Position numbers and translations under genes: made by a program. Below, piece after piece: positions 1 to 8,320 of a DNA stretch of 39,213 nt. The stretch's first letter is position 1. Every line of letters begins with the position of its first letter. This stretch comes from Methanomicrobiales archaeon (GTDB taxonomy: Archaea > Halobacteriota > Methanomicrobia > Methanomicrobiales > Methanospirillaceae), in NCBI GenBank assembly GCA_037137755.1, contig JBAXJR010000022.1:1-39213 (forward strand). Reading direction: 5' to 3'. Below the pieces are notes generated by a model, which ran no database searches, had not been told where the DNA came from, and saw only the letters and a list, made by a program, of their open reading frames with translations.

Positions 1-2
1 AG

Positions 3-602
3 GGTTCGCTCGGGGCGAACTTTCCCTGGGTGATCAGGGAGATCAAGTCCATCTCAACCAAACCGGTGAGTGCAGCGATTGGCGATTTTGACTATAAACC
101 CGGTGGTGCGAGCCTGGCGGCCTACGGAGCTGCCTGTTCCGGGGCGGACTATATCAAGGTAGGGCTGATGTTTGACGGGATAGAGAAAGCATCAGACCTG
201 ATTGAGTCAGTTGTGAAAGCAGTAAAAGATGAGTTCCCGGAAAAAAAGGTCGTGATATCTGCATATTCGGATTACGTGCGACTCGGAAGTATCTCCCCGT
301 TCGATATGGCCCCGCTCGTTGCAGAGGCCGGGGCAGACCTCGCAATGATTGACACCGGGATTAAGGATGGAAAGAGCACGTTCGACTTTATGGATGAGGC
401 AGCACTGACCCGCTTTACCTGGAAAAACCATGACATGGGTATCGGTACAGCAATTGCCGGTGCGTTGAAAATGGAAGATATCCCCCTGCTGAAACGTATT
501 AATCCGGATATTATCGGCGTTCGGGGTATGGTATGTGGTGGCGACCGGAATGCATCGATCCGTGAAGAACTCGTCCAGAAACTGATGATGGTGGTGAAGT
601 AA
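3..602 (+). CDS. mfnB: (5-formylfuran-3-yl)methyl phosphate synthase (methanofuran biosynthesis), 5'-truncated by the window edge
   Basis: Frame is open from position 3: GSLGANFPWVIREI...VSAAIGD...GADYIKVGL...AMIDTGIKDGK...AGAL...PDIIGVRGMVCGGDR, characteristic MfnB motifs. Confidence 0.9.
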   Translation, partial: GSLGANFPWVIREIKSISTKPVSAAIGDFDYKPGGASLAAYGAACSGADYIKVGLMFDGIEKASDLIESVVKAVKDEFPEKKVVISAYSDYVRLGSISPFDMAPLVAEAGADLAMIDTGIKDGKSTFDFMDEAALTRFTWKNHDMGIGTAIAGALKMEDIPLLKRINPDIIGVRGMVCGGDRNASIREELVQKLMMVVK

Positions 603-2072
603 ATGTTTGTTGAAAAACTGGAAGCTGCAACCCTCGCTCTTACGTTTGATGATGTTCTCCTGATACCTGCCGAATCCTATACCGATCCTGACCAGACCGT
701 GGTATCCTCACGTTTTTCAACGAATATTCCCCTGAACGTCCCGCTTGTCAGTGCCGCCATGGACACGGTGACCGAGTCGATGATGGCAATTGTGCTGGCT
801 CACGAGGGGGGTATCGGGGTTATTCACAGGAACATGCTGGCTGAGCACGAGGTAGAGGAAGTCCGTGCCGTGAAACAGGCGGAAGAACTGATTGAAAGGA
901 GAGTTCTCACGGTGGGCCCGGAATCAACAGTCTCCGACGTGGAGCGCCTCATGAACGAGCACCGGATTGGCGGGGTGCCGGTCATCGATAACGGAAAAAT
1001 TATCGGTATTGTCAGCCGTCGAGACGTCCGTGCCATCGCATCAAAACGCGGGACAGAGATGATCCAGGCGATCATGACAAGGGACCCTATCACTGCGGAC
1101 GTCAACATAACCATGGACCAGGCGCTTGAGACCATGTATACCAATAAGGTCGAGCGCCTGCCGGTTGTTGACCAGTCAGGGAAACTGATTGGGATCATCA
1201 CGATGCAGGACATCCTTGAAAAGCGCCAGTACCCAAAGGCAACACGGGACAAGAAAGGCAACCTCCGCGTCGCTGCAGCGGTCGGTCCGTTCGACTTTAA
1301 CCGGGCGATGCTCCTCGATGAGGCTGGTGCAGATGCTCTGGTAGTCGACTGTGCACACGGCCATAACATGAAGGTTGTTGCAGCGGTGAAAGATATCAGG
1401 GCAAGTGCAAAGGCAGACGTGGTAGCAGGAAATATAGCCACCTCCAAGGCGGCCCGCGAGCTCGTCGACCACGTAAACGGCCTAAAAGTTGGCATCGGCC
1501 CCGGGTCCATCTGTACAACACGGATTGTCGCCGGAGTAGGGGTACCACAGATTACCGCAATTGCTTCGGTCGCGGACGTCGCACGGGAATCCGATGTCCC
1601 GGTGATCGCAGACGGCGGTGTCAGGTACAGCGGCGATGTAGCCAAGGCGATCGCAGCAGGAGCAGATTCAGTAATGATGGGCAGCCTGTTCGCCGGGACC
1701 GATGAAGCACCGGGGAGGGTCATAACCATTAAGGGACGACGGTACAAGCAGTACCGTGGCATGGGTTCACTCGGCGTGATGAGTTCGGGAGTCTCAAGCG
1801 ACCGTTACTTCCAGCCAAAGGATATCGGGAGAACAAAGTTTGTGCCCGAGGGCGTGGAAGGAGTTACCCCCTACGTGGGTAATGTAGCGGACATCATCTA
1901 CCAGCTCGTGGGAGGGCTGAAATCAGCGATGGGTTATACCGGATCGAAGGACATACAGGAAATGCATGAAAAGGCAGCACTTGTCAGGATTACGCCGGCC
2001 GGACATTTCGAGAGCCACCCGCATAATATCCTTATCACCGATGAAGCACCCAATTACCGGATTAGCGATTGA
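603..2072 (+). CDS. guaB: Inosine-5'-monophosphate dehydrogenase with CBS pair
   Basis: LTFDDVLLIP, SAAMDTVTE, catalytic KVGIGPGSICTTR, IADGG, YRGMGS, VPEGVEG; ATG directly follows the mfnB TAA. Confidence 0.97.
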   Translation: MFVEKLEAATLALTFDDVLLIPAESYTDPDQTVVSSRFSTNIPLNVPLVSAAMDTVTESMMAIVLAHEGGIGVIHRNMLAEHEVEEVRAVKQAEELIERRVLTVGPESTVSDVERLMNEHRIGGVPVIDNGKIIGIVSRRDVRAIASKRGTEMIQAIMTRDPITADVNITMDQALETMYTNKVERLPVVDQSGKLIGIITMQDILEKRQYPKATRDKKGNLRVAAAVGPFDFNRAMLLDEAGADALVVDCAHGHNMKVVAAVKDIRASAKADVVAGNIATSKAARELVDHVNGLKVGIGPGSICTTRIVAGVGVPQITAIASVADVARESDVPVIADGGVRYSGDVAKAIAAGADSVMMGSLFAGTDEAPGRVITIKGRRYKQYRGMGSLGVMSSGVSSDRYFQPKDIGRTKFVPEGVEGVTPYVGNVADIIYQLVGGLKSAMGYTGSKDIQEMHEKAALVRITPAGHFESHPHNILITDEAPNYRISD

Positions 2073-2191
2073 GACGGGAAATAAAATTCTTCGTTTAAAC
2101 CTATTTTTTACTTTCACCCCGCGTCCGGCATCATTCGATATACCCCTATCCCAATTTTATTTTCATGTTTATTGCGAACGAATGGAAGGGC

Positions 2192-2371
2192 ATGGTGGTA
2201 CCGGGTAAGAAATACCATGTAGTTGCACAATTTACTGACCAAGACCTCGAATTTATGGGTACTGGGGCAATTGGAACCGAATCTCAGGATCAGGTATTCA
2301 TGACGACAGGTCAGATAACGATGATAATTCCATGGGAGGCTATTGAAACACTGGACCCCGTTGAAGAGTAA
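2192..2371 (+). CDS. Small hypothetical protein (59 aa)
   Basis: ATG 2192 follows purine-rich GGAAGGG; fills an otherwise empty gap; acidic, beta-rich sequence; no family recognised. Confidence 0.55.
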   Translation: MVVPGKKYHVVAQFTDQDLEFMGTGAIGTESQDQVFMTTGQITMIIPWEAIETLDPVEE

Positions 2372-2499
2372 TAGCATCAATGGATTGTGGTGTGCTGGGT
2401 ATCGGTATTACAAATGCCGTTTTTTAACAGCAATCCTTTACATCACGCAGCTGCCGACAACTTGACAGACCCACCTACATACACCATAATATACCATAA

Positions 2500-2517
2500 A
2501 ACCTAACATTAGGTTAT
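2500..2517. promoter_or_regulatory. Palindromic operator, HSR1-like box, immediately upstream of the ArsR-family gene
   Basis: AACCTAA-CA-TTAGGTT inverted repeat (2500-2515), also readable as CTAAC-N5-GTTAT (2503-2517); TATA-like ATAATATA at 2486-2493; ATG at 2520. Confidence 0.65.
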
Positions 2518-2519
2518 TA

Positions 2520-3140
2520 ATGCTGAACAGCATCGACGTTGCCCGCGTTCTTGATATCCTCGGAAACAGGAACCGGAGGCGGATTATAGAACTCCTACGG
2601 GAGAGACCCTGCTTTGTCACCGAGATCTCTGACCGGCTTACGCTCTCCCCGAAAGCAGTTATCGAGCACCTTCAGATGATGGAACGGGAAGAGATACTTT
2701 CATTCCAGATGGATGAACGGCGGAGAAAATACTATTTTATTTCCCACGATATCAGCATCGAAGTAAACCTGCTGAAACAGGAAAATTCTGAATTTTCAAT
2801 GGATCTTGATGCAGGGACTATATTCCAGCGGTCCCTCCATACCATGCGAAAGATGGTGCAGGCAAGGGATGAACTTGTTACGAGGGCAGGGCACCTCGAT
2901 GACGATATCGAGGAACAGATGCGTGAGATTGCAAAAAAGGGAAAAAATATCCTTCAGAACGAAACAGAACTCAACCTGGTGATTGCACTATCCCATTATC
3001 CTCTCACGCTTACCGACCTTGTCGAGCTGACCGGTGAAGATGAGGCCGGAATCATCCCGGTTGTCGAAGGCCTGGTCGCCAGGGGAATCGTTGAACAGGA
3101 AGGCCTGGAATACCGCATCAGGGATATGTATGCCGGATGA
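2520..3140 (+). CDS. ArsR-family wHTH transcriptional regulator, HSR1/Phr-like archaeal heat-shock regulator
   Basis: LDILGNRNRRRIIELL...PKAVIEHLQMME...RRKYY N-terminal wHTH, then a coiled-coil region and a probable second C-terminal wHTH. Confidence 0.85.
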   Translation: MLNSIDVARVLDILGNRNRRRIIELLRERPCFVTEISDRLTLSPKAVIEHLQMMEREEILSFQMDERRRKYYFISHDISIEVNLLKQENSEFSMDLDAGTIFQRSLHTMRKMVQARDELVTRAGHLDDDIEEQMREIAKKGKNILQNETELNLVIALSHYPLTLTDLVELTGEDEAGIIPVVEGLVARGIVEQEGLEYRIRDMYAG

Positions 3141-3552
3141 TGAAAACCCGTACGAAGAATTTCTTAAATCCCTTGCAAAAATAGTAGAGGACATTATGAA
3201 GGACATGCCCGACGAGGAGCATGCAAGGTTTATAGGTTGCACGATCATTGCCGGGGGAATCCCGGGAACTCCTCCGTTTTTCCAAGGAATGGAAGTCAAC
3301 GACAGGGAGATCAGGTATGAAATCATCGAGTCCGAGGAACGGATCTATATAACCACCCAACTTCCACCTGACATAAAAAATGCCCCGTATGCAGATATTG
3401 ACCCGGATTCGGTACGGATTTGTATTGATGACCGGGATGCCCTGATCCCGATGCCGGTACCTCTCGATATCATCCACAGCTTTTACATTGTCAGGCACGG
3501 GGTGATGGATATTGTGCTGAAAAAAAAGCCCACCTACCCGGACATCAACTAA
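3130..3552 (+). CDS. Hsp20/alpha-crystallin-like (CS-domain) small protein
   Basis: ATG 3130 overlaps the regulator's 3' end; YEIIE..ERIYITTQLP ... VRHGVMDIVLKK resembles the Hsp20 C-terminal NGVLxI strand. Confidence 0.65.
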   Translation: MPDDENPYEEFLKSLAKIVEDIMKDMPDEEHARFIGCTIIAGGIPGTPPFFQGMEVNDREIRYEIIESEERIYITTQLPPDIKNAPYADIDPDSVRICIDDRDALIPMPVPLDIIHSFYIVRHGVMDIVLKKKPTYPDIN

Positions 3553-3591
3553 TTAGGGCATCAGAGACGCAAAAATACAGGTAATCAGGGT

Positions 3592-3608
3592 TCCCGGGTC
3601 CCCCGGGA
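3592..3608. terminator. GC-rich hairpin between convergent genes
   Basis: TCCCGGG-TCC-CCCGGGA in the 65-bp gap between the stops at 3552 (+) and 3618 (-). Confidence 0.35.
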
Positions 3609-3617
3609 GGTACAAGT

Positions 3618-5801
3618 TCAGACCTTCACATGGGCATCCGTCGTTGCCCACTCGGTAATTTTCCGCTCTTTCCTGTCATATTCATGGAACTGGCGGAGCG
3701 AGACCGTGAGATCCCTGGTAAATGCGAAATACCCGATCTGGGTACTGCGACAAAGTTTCATCGCCATGTCCATCAGGCCACGGGGGTCAGGTCTCGATTC
3801 ACCCAGCCAGATATGGAAGATATTTCCCCCGTCCACGATCGGGAAGAAGACATGTTCAATCTCCATGCGCTGTGCGAGGGTAATCCTCGCCCCGGGGGCG
3901 ACATGCGTGCCGTTCGTATAGTAGATGGGGAGGTCCCGTGTGGTCCCTATCTTATCCAGCGAACCTTCTAGATCGCCCTTGATAACCTTCTTAGCCTGTT
4001 CACGGAAGGCCTTGTTCAGCAGGTCTGATACAGCAAAGCGCTGACCTGTCGTTTCGGCCGGCGTTCTTGCGAGTGCGATGGTCATCCCGTGTTTTTCCGA
4101 TAATGCCCTTGCATAGAGTTCCATCTCGGTCATCGCCCGCACGGCGAGTTTGAATGCCTCTTTCGACTCGTGCAGCTGTGAACCCACATGGGCCTGCACC
4201 ATCTCATTCACACCGACGATTCCGATCGTGTAAACCAGTCCCTCGAGGTCCACGGCAATTGCACCACGTTCTCCCGTGGCCGGGTCTTTTGGCCGCTGCA
4301 TCGCAAATGGCATCCGCCCATGTGCCCGGATAATTTCAAGCCATCTTCGCTTGATATTGAAGACCTCGACTGCCACGTCCATCATCGCACGGAGTTCCGA
4401 AAAGAGCCGCCCGTCATCACCTTCGGCCTTATACGCAGCACGAGGGCAGTTTAAGGAAACGACCTGCCAGGAACCCATCGAAAAATGCCGGCCATCCTCG
4501 AAATACAACTTCTTATCAAAATCAGAGTCATCTTCCGCAACACAGGAGAACTGGTACGCACAACACTGGTAACAGGAGATGCCCTTCCCCGCACCGCGAT
4601 ACCCTGGTATCTGGTTATCATAATAGGGTGTGCCGAATTTCGAGGCCAGTTCAAATGTAAGAAGGTAGAGTTCGCTATAGGTAGGAAGATCGGGATGTGT
4701 TTCGTTATATTCGGTCATCTCCTTCATAAATTCCGGTTCGATGCTGATTTCAGGTTTCGGGAAGGAAAATGGCTTACCCCAGGAGTCCCCTTCGAGCATG
4801 ACCTCCATGAGCGCCTTGAAGAGGAGCCGCACCTCACGTTCGAACTCCAGGTAGGTGCGTTTTGGCGCAGTTTTTCCATCCCAGATCTTTCCCTTGTAGA
4901 CACAGGGCTTGTCTTTCCATAGCGCAGGTACACCCGGGCATAGTTGAACAGATGAAAATACGAGCTGACCTCCACGTGCAACCATCATCTGGGTCATCTC
5001 GTAGACAAACATCTGCATCATCTGCTTGATCTCGCTATAGGGCATTCCTTCGAAGTAGGGTGCCAGGAATGTCAGGAAATTATAATACCCCTGCCCTCCT
5101 GCGAAATTTGTCTGGGCGCTCCCGAGTGCCTTGACCGCATGGAGCACGGCTACTTCTGCGCGCCTTGCCGGACCGGCCACTGACGCTTTTGTTCCGTTGC
5201 CATCCGGCATGAGCCCGTAGTAAAAGAAGTACCTGAGGTCCCAGTCCTGGCAGAACGGGCGTGTCCCGAAATACTCAAGGTCATGGATATGAATATCCCC
5301 TCTCAGGTGGTGGTCAGCAAGTTCGGGGGGCAGTTGAAGGAGATATTGCTCCTTGCTGATCTTGTCCGCCTTTTTCTTGTGAGAGGTCTCAGCGTTTTCC
5401 TGGAGGTTGGCATTGTCTTTTGCCTCAAATCCACGCCCCACATCGATAAGATGCGCATCATACACCGGCGTACCTACCCTGGTGCAGACATTCCGGTATT
5501 GTACAAGACCCCGCTCAAGGAGCGAGATATTCATTATTTCGCGTATCAACGGCCCTGAAAGCGATTGGAGCCCCATCGACAGAATCCGTCGTTCAACAGA
5601 CAGCGCGATCTCCCGGGCGAGTTCTTCATCCGCGCTCTTGTACCCGTAAAATGTCTCGACGAGACGGGTTTCCTCCACTATCTGGCGGACAATCCGCTCC
5701 CGGTCCCACTCTATAATATGCCCGTCCGATGTCCGGACTGGTGGCAACGGGGAGATGAATATGCCATCAAGGGTCTTCTGGCGGGTATCGCGCTTCTGCA
5801 T
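3618..5801 (-). CDS. nrdD: Anaerobic (class III) ribonucleoside-triphosphate reductase, lacking the C-terminal Zn/glycyl-radical domain
   Basis: N-terminal ATP-cone (VRTSDGHIIEWDRERI), H.RGDIHIHDL, RPFC, FAGGQG, FSFPKP, finger loop YQCCAY, TPAE, YYTNG, GGNIFHIW; no CxxC pairs or R(I/V)TGY at the C-terminus. Confidence 0.92.
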   Translation of the reverse strand: MQKRDTRQKTLDGIFISPLPPVRTSDGHIIEWDRERIVRQIVEETRLVETFYGYKSADEELAREIALSVERRILSMGLQSLSGPLIREIMNISLLERGLVQYRNVCTRVGTPVYDAHLIDVGRGFEAKDNANLQENAETSHKKKADKISKEQYLLQLPPELADHHLRGDIHIHDLEYFGTRPFCQDWDLRYFFYYGLMPDGNGTKASVAGPARRAEVAVLHAVKALGSAQTNFAGGQGYYNFLTFLAPYFEGMPYSEIKQMMQMFVYEMTQMMVARGGQLVFSSVQLCPGVPALWKDKPCVYKGKIWDGKTAPKRTYLEFEREVRLLFKALMEVMLEGDSWGKPFSFPKPEISIEPEFMKEMTEYNETHPDLPTYSELYLLTFELASKFGTPYYDNQIPGYRGAGKGISCYQCCAYQFSCVAEDDSDFDKKLYFEDGRHFSMGSWQVVSLNCPRAAYKAEGDDGRLFSELRAMMDVAVEVFNIKRRWLEIIRAHGRMPFAMQRPKDPATGERGAIAVDLEGLVYTIGIVGVNEMVQAHVGSQLHESKEAFKLAVRAMTEMELYARALSEKHGMTIALARTPAETTGQRFAVSDLLNKAFREQAKKVIKGDLEGSLDKIGTTRDLPIYYTNGTHVAPGARITLAQRMEIEHVFFPIVDGGNIFHIWLGESRPDPRGLMDMAMKLCRSTQIGYFAFTRDLTVSLRQFHEYDRKERKITEWATTDAHVKV

Positions 5802-6070
5802 TATACACCTGCAAGGAATTGAGTGACGTTATCTTCCCGGACTGTACCCCCGGAAAACAGATCATGGGATGTGAGGAAGTGGTCACCATTCTGGAGGACG
5901 GGGGCCTCGCTGACAAAGATTCCATTAATACGGAGTTCGGTCAATGACTCGGCCGTGGACATGTCCCTTTCCTGAAACGGGATCCCGTGTCCTTTCAGAT
6001 ATTCTTTTAATAGTTCGCATTTGGGACAAAGCTCAAGTGTATAGATGGTCAGTTGCGGTGAATCTGCCAA
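5801..6070 (-). CDS. nrdH: NrdH-like glutaredoxin/redoxin
   Basis: IYT...CPKC, APVL cis-Pro motif; TTG start with GGGGGTGA SD; TAATG 1-nt overlap with nrdD. Confidence 0.85.
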   Translation of the reverse strand: MADSPQLTIYTLELCPKCELLKEYLKGHGIPFQERDMSTAESLTELRINGIFVSEAPVLQNGDHFLTSHDLFSGGTVREDNVTQFLAGV

Positions 6071-6207
6071 TATATCACCCCCCTATCTCATTTACAATAG
6101 TGCTTAATTTTAAAAAAGTGTTCGATAGTTCTCCGGGACTAAAAATTAATTAATTCCCTACCAGACACAAAGGTATAACCATGCAGGAGAAAGGATGGAC
6201 CTAAATC

Positions 6208-6747
6208 ATGGTCAGGGCATTTGTGGCAATCGACCTGTCACCCGAACTACGTGAGAAGATGCGTGAACTCCAGGTGGCAATCAGGCAGAGCAGGGCACGA
6301 CTTAATCTTGTTGATCCTTCCATTATTCATATAACAATAAAATTTCTCGGGGAAATCGAGGCGACGCGGGTAGGACCGGTAAGTGAAGCACTCAGGGGTA
6401 TTAGATTTTCGCCATTTGATCTCACGATAACGGGTCTTTCCACAAATAACACCCGGAACCCCCGTGTGGTATGGGGGACAGTGGGGGACAGGGGGCAATG
6501 CAGGCTCCTCTTTGAACAGGTTGAAACGGCACTCGCTGCCCTTAAGTTTCCACGTGAGGAGCGCGGGTTCACACCCCACGCGACAATCGCAAGAGTTAAA
6601 GAGTATGACCCGTCCCTTATGCAGTCAATCAGTCCATACCTTTCAGAAAAACTTGGGGAATGTCATATTTCCGGGTTCAGCCTTAAAAAAAGCACCCTTA
6701 TGCCGGCAGGACCGGTGTATGAGAATATTATGGAGGTCACGTGGTAA
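6208..6747 (+). CDS. thpR: RNA 2',3'-cyclic phosphodiesterase (2H phosphoesterase, 2'-5' RNA ligase family)
   Basis: RAFVAIDL, two HxT motifs (HITIKFLG, FTPHATIAR), KSTL...GPVY. Confidence 0.93.
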   Translation: MVRAFVAIDLSPELREKMRELQVAIRQSRARLNLVDPSIIHITIKFLGEIEATRVGPVSEALRGIRFSPFDLTITGLSTNNTRNPRVVWGTVGDRGQCRLLFEQVETALAALKFPREERGFTPHATIARVKEYDPSLMQSISPYLSEKLGECHISGFSLKKSTLMPAGPVYENIMEVTW

Positions 6748-8132
6748 CCAGATCTGCACTTGAAACATCAGTGCTCGAAAGAATCAGGCCGCAGGCTGAT
6801 GAAAGGGTGCATATCCATAACGTCGCAGGAATGCTGATTAAGGCCGTCAACCGGAGCGGGAAAGCGACCGGTATGATCGTTGGATCCGTTGCACGGGATA
6901 CATGGATCCGTGGTGACCGGGACCTCGATATTTTCATGCTGTTCCCACCGGATCTCCCAAGGGAAGAGCTGGAAGTTGAAGGACTTGGACTTGCGAGGAG
7001 GGTTACAGAATCTGCGGATGGCACATGCCGTGAAAAGTATGCAGAACACCCGTACATCAATGCGACCATCGATGGCCTTGATGTCGACATCGTCCCCTGC
7101 TACGAGGTACCTGATGCAACTGCGATCCGAAGTGCCGTGGACAGGACACCCTTCCATACGCGGTATATAAAAGACCGGATCTGCACCCTTATCGATGATG
7201 TGCTCCTCCTTAAACAATTTACAAAAAATGGCGGAATATATGGTTCTGACCAGATGACCGAAGGGTTCTCGGGGTACCTTTGTGAACTCCTGGTGTACCA
7301 TTACGGGGGTTTCATCCCGCTTATTGCGGCCGCATCAGACTGGTGGCCGGGAGTCCTCATCGATATTTCAGACCACCGGACAAAAACATTTCATGAACCG
7401 CTGGTCGTGGTTGACCCTGTTGACCCGGGCAGAAATGTTTCCGCCTCGGTATCACTCACCCGGATGTGTGAATTTATCGAGCTGTGCAGGGGTTATCTCG
7501 AGCGGCCTTGTGAAGGATTTTTTTTCCTTCATACCCCACACCCGGGATCAATAAAAAAAGCACAGGTGCTGGTGGAGAAGCGGAAAACCGCAATGTATTC
7601 GCTAACCTTCCCGACACCACCATATATCGAGGAGATTGTAGTCCCCCAGCTTCGGAAAAGTCTTGAAGCGATCTCCGCACTCCTTGCCCGGCATGAATTC
7701 GTCGTGAACCGTGGTGCCTATTGTATGCAGACAGACCGGTGCATGCTGCTTTTTGAATTGCTCACCGATACACTGCCACCCGTAACACGCCATTTCGGCC
7801 CGCCATTATGGGCCCGGGAAAATGCGAAGCAGTTTTCTGAAAAATATATCAGGGGAATGGAGGAAGGACGAATTTTCTCAGGTCCGTATATTGAAAACGG
7901 AGTATATGTCGTGGAACTGGCACGACGCTTTGCAAACGCCGGGGACCTTCTCGCGTCCCCGGACCTTCTGGAAGTGGGTCTCGGGCGTCATGTAAGGTCG
8001 GAAATCCGGGATTCACTCACGGTTAAATGCGGTGTCGACTGCATGGAAGAAGAGTTTGCCTCCTTTATCACCACATTTCTTGAAAAGAGATCCCCCCTCA
8101 CACAGATCAGGCAACTTGATAATAGTGGCTAG
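6741..8132 (+). CDS. cca: Archaeal class I CCA tRNA nucleotidyltransferase
   Basis: GSVARDTW..GDRDLDIF, YAEHPY, DVDIVPCY, SAVDRTPFH, GFSGYLCELL, DPVDPGRNV. Confidence 0.95.
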   Translation: MVTRSALETSVLERIRPQADERVHIHNVAGMLIKAVNRSGKATGMIVGSVARDTWIRGDRDLDIFMLFPPDLPREELEVEGLGLARRVTESADGTCREKYAEHPYINATIDGLDVDIVPCYEVPDATAIRSAVDRTPFHTRYIKDRICTLIDDVLLLKQFTKNGGIYGSDQMTEGFSGYLCELLVYHYGGFIPLIAAASDWWPGVLIDISDHRTKTFHEPLVVVDPVDPGRNVSASVSLTRMCEFIELCRGYLERPCEGFFFLHTPHPGSIKKAQVLVEKRKTAMYSLTFPTPPYIEEIVVPQLRKSLEAISALLARHEFVVNRGAYCMQTDRCMLLFELLTDTLPPVTRHFGPPLWARENAKQFSEKYIRGMEEGRIFSGPYIENGVYVVELARRFANAGDLLASPDLLEVGLGRHVRSEIRDSLTVKCGVDCMEEEFASFITTFLEKRSPLTQIRQLDNSG

Positions 8133-8320
8133 GTGTTGAAGATGCAGGCATCATTTTTTCACAGATTACCACCGATTAGGCGTGCCACGTTGGCGGCCAT
8201 CGGATCCCGGCTTTGAGATACCTTCATATCTCCCCAAATTAGAAGATTCAATAATTAAATCCCGGCAGGACTCCGGAGCGGGGCATAAAGCCTCCCGTGG
8301 GTGCCAACGGGCGGAGGAGC

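Noticed and set aside
824-1762. 312-aa antisense ORF within guaB
   Set aside because: Codon-symmetric shadow of a well-conserved gene; Ser/Thr/Ala-rich with no recognisable motifs.
3034-3129. Longer start for the Hsp20-like ORF
   Set aside because: Lies inside the regulator CDS; ATG 3130 gives a typical short overlap.
3553-3700. Frameshift or read-through restoring the NrdD glycyl-radical domain
   Set aside because: No CxxC or RxxGY seen in the alternative frames, and too little space before the convergent gene.
6208-8132. thpR-cca overlap as a novel RNA-repair system
   Set aside because: A familiar conserved archaeal gene pairing, not novel.
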